Source of the DNA: Candidatus Omnitrophota bacterium
Lineage (GTDB): Bacteria; Omnitrophota; Gorgyraeia; Gygaellales; Profunditerraquicolaceae
Assembly (NCBI GenBank): GCA_023229385.1
Contig: JALNZI010000001.1
Span: forward strand, 26,419 to 90,418
DNA: 64,000 nucleotides
Direction of reading: 5' to 3'
Part shown: positions 61,751-64,000 of the stretch, one piece after another
Position numbering within the stretch: position 1 is the stretch's first letter
Layout of the letters: each line of letters opens with the position of its first letter
The notes under the pieces: model-generated
Told to the model about the DNA's origin: nothing
The model's input: only the letters and a program-made list of their open reading frames with translations
Database searches by the model: none
Position numbers and translations under genes: made by a program

Positions 61751-63316
61751 TTACATTATATTTTTTTCATCAAAAACATTAACTTCACTAACTATCCAGC
61801 TTGAATTAGTTGAACTATATACTAATTTAATGTTTACTTTAGCATAAGTTGCTCCATTTAACATTGATGAATCTAATATTAATAATTTTTGTTTTAATTT
61901 TGATGTGTAATTAGTTACATATATTTTACCGCTCCAAAGATAAACAGTTGCTGAATTAGCAGTATAATATCTCCCATCTAAATTATCTATTATTATATTT
62001 AATTCGTCTCCATCATTTATTGTAGAAGTTGATGCAGTCGCATTGTAAATATTAAATTGAACATTAGCATTATTAATTATTGTATTATCAGTATCACTTG
62101 CTCTAAAATAATCTCCTTTGAAATAATATACATTTTTACTAGTATTACCTAGATAATACTCACTATTCATTTGAAGAAGAGCTATTGAATTTATTCCTTG
62201 CTTAATTTCCACTATTGGATTAGTTCCACTTAATTTGTTTAAATATTTACCTATTTGAGCTATTTGTAACTGTAGTTGCATAATAGCTTCAGTTGTATTT
62301 GCTGTAGCTTCTATTTGATTTAAATAAAAATTAGTAGCTTCATCTCTTACGGTATCTACATACATATAAGCATATCCAGCAAAGCAAGGATAGCTATTAA
62401 CTGAGCTTAATGATACTTGTGCATCATAAGTAAAAGAAGCAAGCCCACTGTCATCTCTAGTTTTAAAAATATCTAAAACACTATCACTGCATAAGTCACT
62501 GCTAGTACTTAAATCAATTATTGCAAATAAAACAGGTTCTTCGTCTGCAACAGGTGTTAATGCAGTTATTAATTTATCTATTGGATCAGGGTATGTACTT
62601 TTAGTTACATATAATCCAATTCTATTGAATTTAAAATTACCAATTGAATTTGCTATATTATATGCTTCATTAGCTATTTGACTAGTGATAGCTGGTAATT
62701 CTAATTGGTAATTCATTAGTGATACTTTAGCATCAATAGTGTCATCGGTAGTTTCTACTGCACTAAAGGATTTTATTGGAAAATATTTACTATATTTTTT
62801 ACAAGCTAGAGTAGTTGCAGTAGCTGTATCATAATAAAGAGGTGCCGGTATGTTAGATAGTGTTAATTCACCGTAATGCCCTCCCGAATATTCTCCACTA
62901 CTAGCTTCTTCAGATGCTCCATATAGAACAATTCCAGTAGTTTTAAAACCATATTCTAAGCCCGCTAAAGTAGAATCACTATAATAAGCTTGCAAAGTAT
63001 TTCTTTTTGAGCATTCATCATATTCGTATTTGAAATAATTACCAAACCCTTCTGACATGTTAGTTCCAACACCATAACTAGTTCCAGTACTATTCCAAAC
63101 AAAGGGAGTTTGCCATATATTAAAAATATAGTCTCCATCACTCTCGCCATCTTCATGAGTTAATATTAATTCAGTTGCATTTTCATTTGCTGGGTTATTA
63201 GTGCGTTCAGTTGAATTTACCCAAGCTAAAGCAAAATGGGTAATTGAAAACCAAGCACCGCCAGTAGTATTTGTTGAAATAAATTGTCTACCAATATTTG
63301 TTATAGCTGATTTCAT
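61751..63316 (-). CDS. tail-fibre-like protein with a P2 gpH-type N-terminal pattern
   Basis: 521 aa. ITNIGRQF..SITHFALAWVN...FNRIGLYV...PVLFAIIDL loosely parallels P2 gpH (ITTAGAAKLA..ITTMAVGDG..MRELGLYD..TLIAVAN). Confidence 0.4.
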   Translation of the reverse strand: MKSAITNIGRQFISTNTTGGAWFSITHFALAWVNSTERTNNPANENATELILTHEDGESDGDYIFNIWQTPFVWNSTGTSYGVGTNMSEGFGNYFKYEYDECSKRNTLQAYYSDSTLAGLEYGFKTTGIVLYGASEEASSGEYSGGHYGELTLSNIPAPLYYDTATATTLACKKYSKYFPIKSFSAVETTDDTIDAKVSLMNYQLELPAITSQIANEAYNIANSIGNFKFNRIGLYVTKSTYPDPIDKLITALTPVADEEPVLFAIIDLSTSSDLCSDSVLDIFKTRDDSGLASFTYDAQVSLSSVNSYPCFAGYAYMYVDTVRDEATNFYLNQIEATANTTEAIMQLQLQIAQIGKYLNKLSGTNPIVEIKQGINSIALLQMNSEYYLGNTSKNVYYFKGDYFRASDTDNTIINNANVQFNIYNATASTSTINDGDELNIIIDNLDGRYYTANSATVYLWSGKIYVTNYTSKLKQKLLILDSSMLNGATYAKVNIKLVYSSTNSSWIVSEVNVFDEKNIM

Positions 63317-63317
63317 A

Positions 63318-63330
63318 CTAAATATTTATA
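63318..63330. promoter_or_regulatory. overlapping divergent late boxes (CTAAATA on plus, TATAAATA on minus)
   Basis: CTAAATATTTATA sits in a 15-nt gap between the divergent ATGs 63316 and 63332. Spacers are 6 and 7 nt. Confidence 0.5.
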
Positions 63331-63331
63331 G

Positions 63332-64000
63332 ATGTCAACTAAAACAAAAAATCCATTTAGTAATAAAATAGATGGTACTTATTTTAATGAATTAGAAGTG
63401 AATATTAGATCTGTTACTGATAACTCAACTATATATTATACTATAAATGGAAATGATCCTAATGAATCATCATCATCATTTAAATCTGGATTAGTTCTTA
63501 CTTTTAGTAACATTGGAATAATTATATTAAAGTGCGCAGCTAAGGGAGCAGATGTTATAAATTCAGATGGAAGTATTACTACATATTCCTTAAGTGATGT
63601 AATAACTTTTACATATACAATAAAAGACAATACCAATTTTAATATAACTGAAACAACAGATAATTATGTAGAAACTCAACCAAACATATTAGAACCAATT
63701 GATGACAAGGGGGCTCAGTTATATGTTGATTTAACTCAATTTATTGGCGAGCATTTAAAAAATCAAGATGGATTTATGGAATTAATTTATACTTTTCAAG
63801 ATTATCTTAATAATGGATTTAGGGAAATTCCAACATATTATAAAACAATAACTTATTCTACAACAAATGATTGTGGAATAGCTACTAATAATACCTATAA
63901 AGAATATTTACCTCCTTACAATCATAGCATTGATATGATTTTAGATTATGAAAATAATTCTCAAAATTTGAATAATAACAAGGATGATAATTATAATACA
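63332..64000 (+). CDS. 5' part of a structural protein (runs off the right edge); N-terminal Ig/FN3-like 'YYTxxGxxP' domain
   Basis: ATG 63332, then 223 codons verified stop-free by hand to nt 64000. It is absent from the ORF track because no stop lies in the window. TIYYTINGNDP is typical of CHB_HEX_C-like beta-sandwich domains. Confidence 0.7.
   Translation, partial: MSTKTKNPFSNKIDGTYFNELEVNIRSVTDNSTIYYTINGNDPNESSSSFKSGLVLTFSNIGIIILKCAAKGADVINSDGSITTYSLSDVITFTYTIKDNTNFNITETTDNYVETQPNILEPIDDKGAQLYVDLTQFIGEHLKNQDGFMELIYTFQDYLNNGFREIPTYYKTITYSTTNDCGIATNNTYKEYLPPYNHSIDMILDYENNSQNLNNNKDDNYNT

Noticed and set aside
3521-62965. Other short track ORFs nested antisense or out of frame inside long genes: 3521, 5530, 5803, 6812, 14454, 14670, 16141, 16486, 19578, 21276, 25769, 30218, 31014, 33473, 34044, 37316, 39512, 40534, 41797, 42184, 44804, 48364, 48902, 54266, 58047, 58497, 61374, 62965, 63436
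   Set aside because: Each is fully contained in a longer ORF that has recognisable motifs or coherent operon spacing. Their compositions (Leu/Ile/Phe/Ser-rich) are typical of AT-rich antisense frames.
1-64000. Prophage or integrative element signatures (integrase, att sites, repressor)
   Set aside because: None were recognised. The gene content is that of a virulent T4-like phage.

Overview
This window is a strongly AT-rich segment of a lytic T4-like phage genome. I found no rRNA, tRNA, CRISPR array or integrase.

Layout:
- 155-17816, minus strand: a nucleotide/NAD metabolism block and small early genes. It holds pncB, nadM-Nudix, nadE, a double-HNH endonuclease, a long ThyX, a macro-domain protein, a gp4-like nuclease, class II RNR, RNase H/FEN, a LAS-type peptidase and a UvsW-like helicase. 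One plus-strand nucleotidyltransferase gene is embedded at 13444-14172.
- 17817-18489: a 670-nt divergent non-coding hub. It contains a perfect tandem repeat followed by a C-rich, GC-elevated, hairpin-dense island.
- 18496-38464, plus strand: the T4-type replication/recombination block. It holds gp46 (Rad50), gp55 (late sigma), gp47 (Mre11), an intein-bearing gp43 DNA polymerase, UvsX, gp41, gp32, gp61, a dNMP-kinase-like protein and a RuvC-like resolvase. Interspersed are unusual extras: an HTH-metallophosphoesterase, a pentapeptide-repeat protein, an ankyrin-like protein and a GT-B glycosyltransferase.
- 39156-40994: a sigma-70-family factor operon.
- 40991-63316, minus strand: a late structural block with a T4-order head module (gp20, small ORF, gp21, gp22, gp23), a gp19-family tube protein and very large N/S/T-rich fibre-like proteins.
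- 63332-64000: an unlisted open-ended CDS at the right edge.

Most interesting observations:
1. A complete Preiss-Handler NAD+ operon with a macro-domain gene nearby, a candidate new NAD+ reconstitution or counter-defence route.
2. The unexplained C-rich structured island and iteron-like repeats at 17.9-18.5 kb.
3. A [A/C]TAAATA late box and a TGnTATAAT early box. Both are repeatedly phased 5-8 nt from start codons, which implies widespread leaderless mRNAs.
4. A LAGLIDADG intein in the Exo II motif of the DNA polymerase.
5. A DNA-mimic-like pentapeptide-repeat protein splitting the gp46/gp47 pair.

All calls rest on motif recognition by eye and remembered reference sequences. No searches or folding programs were run.
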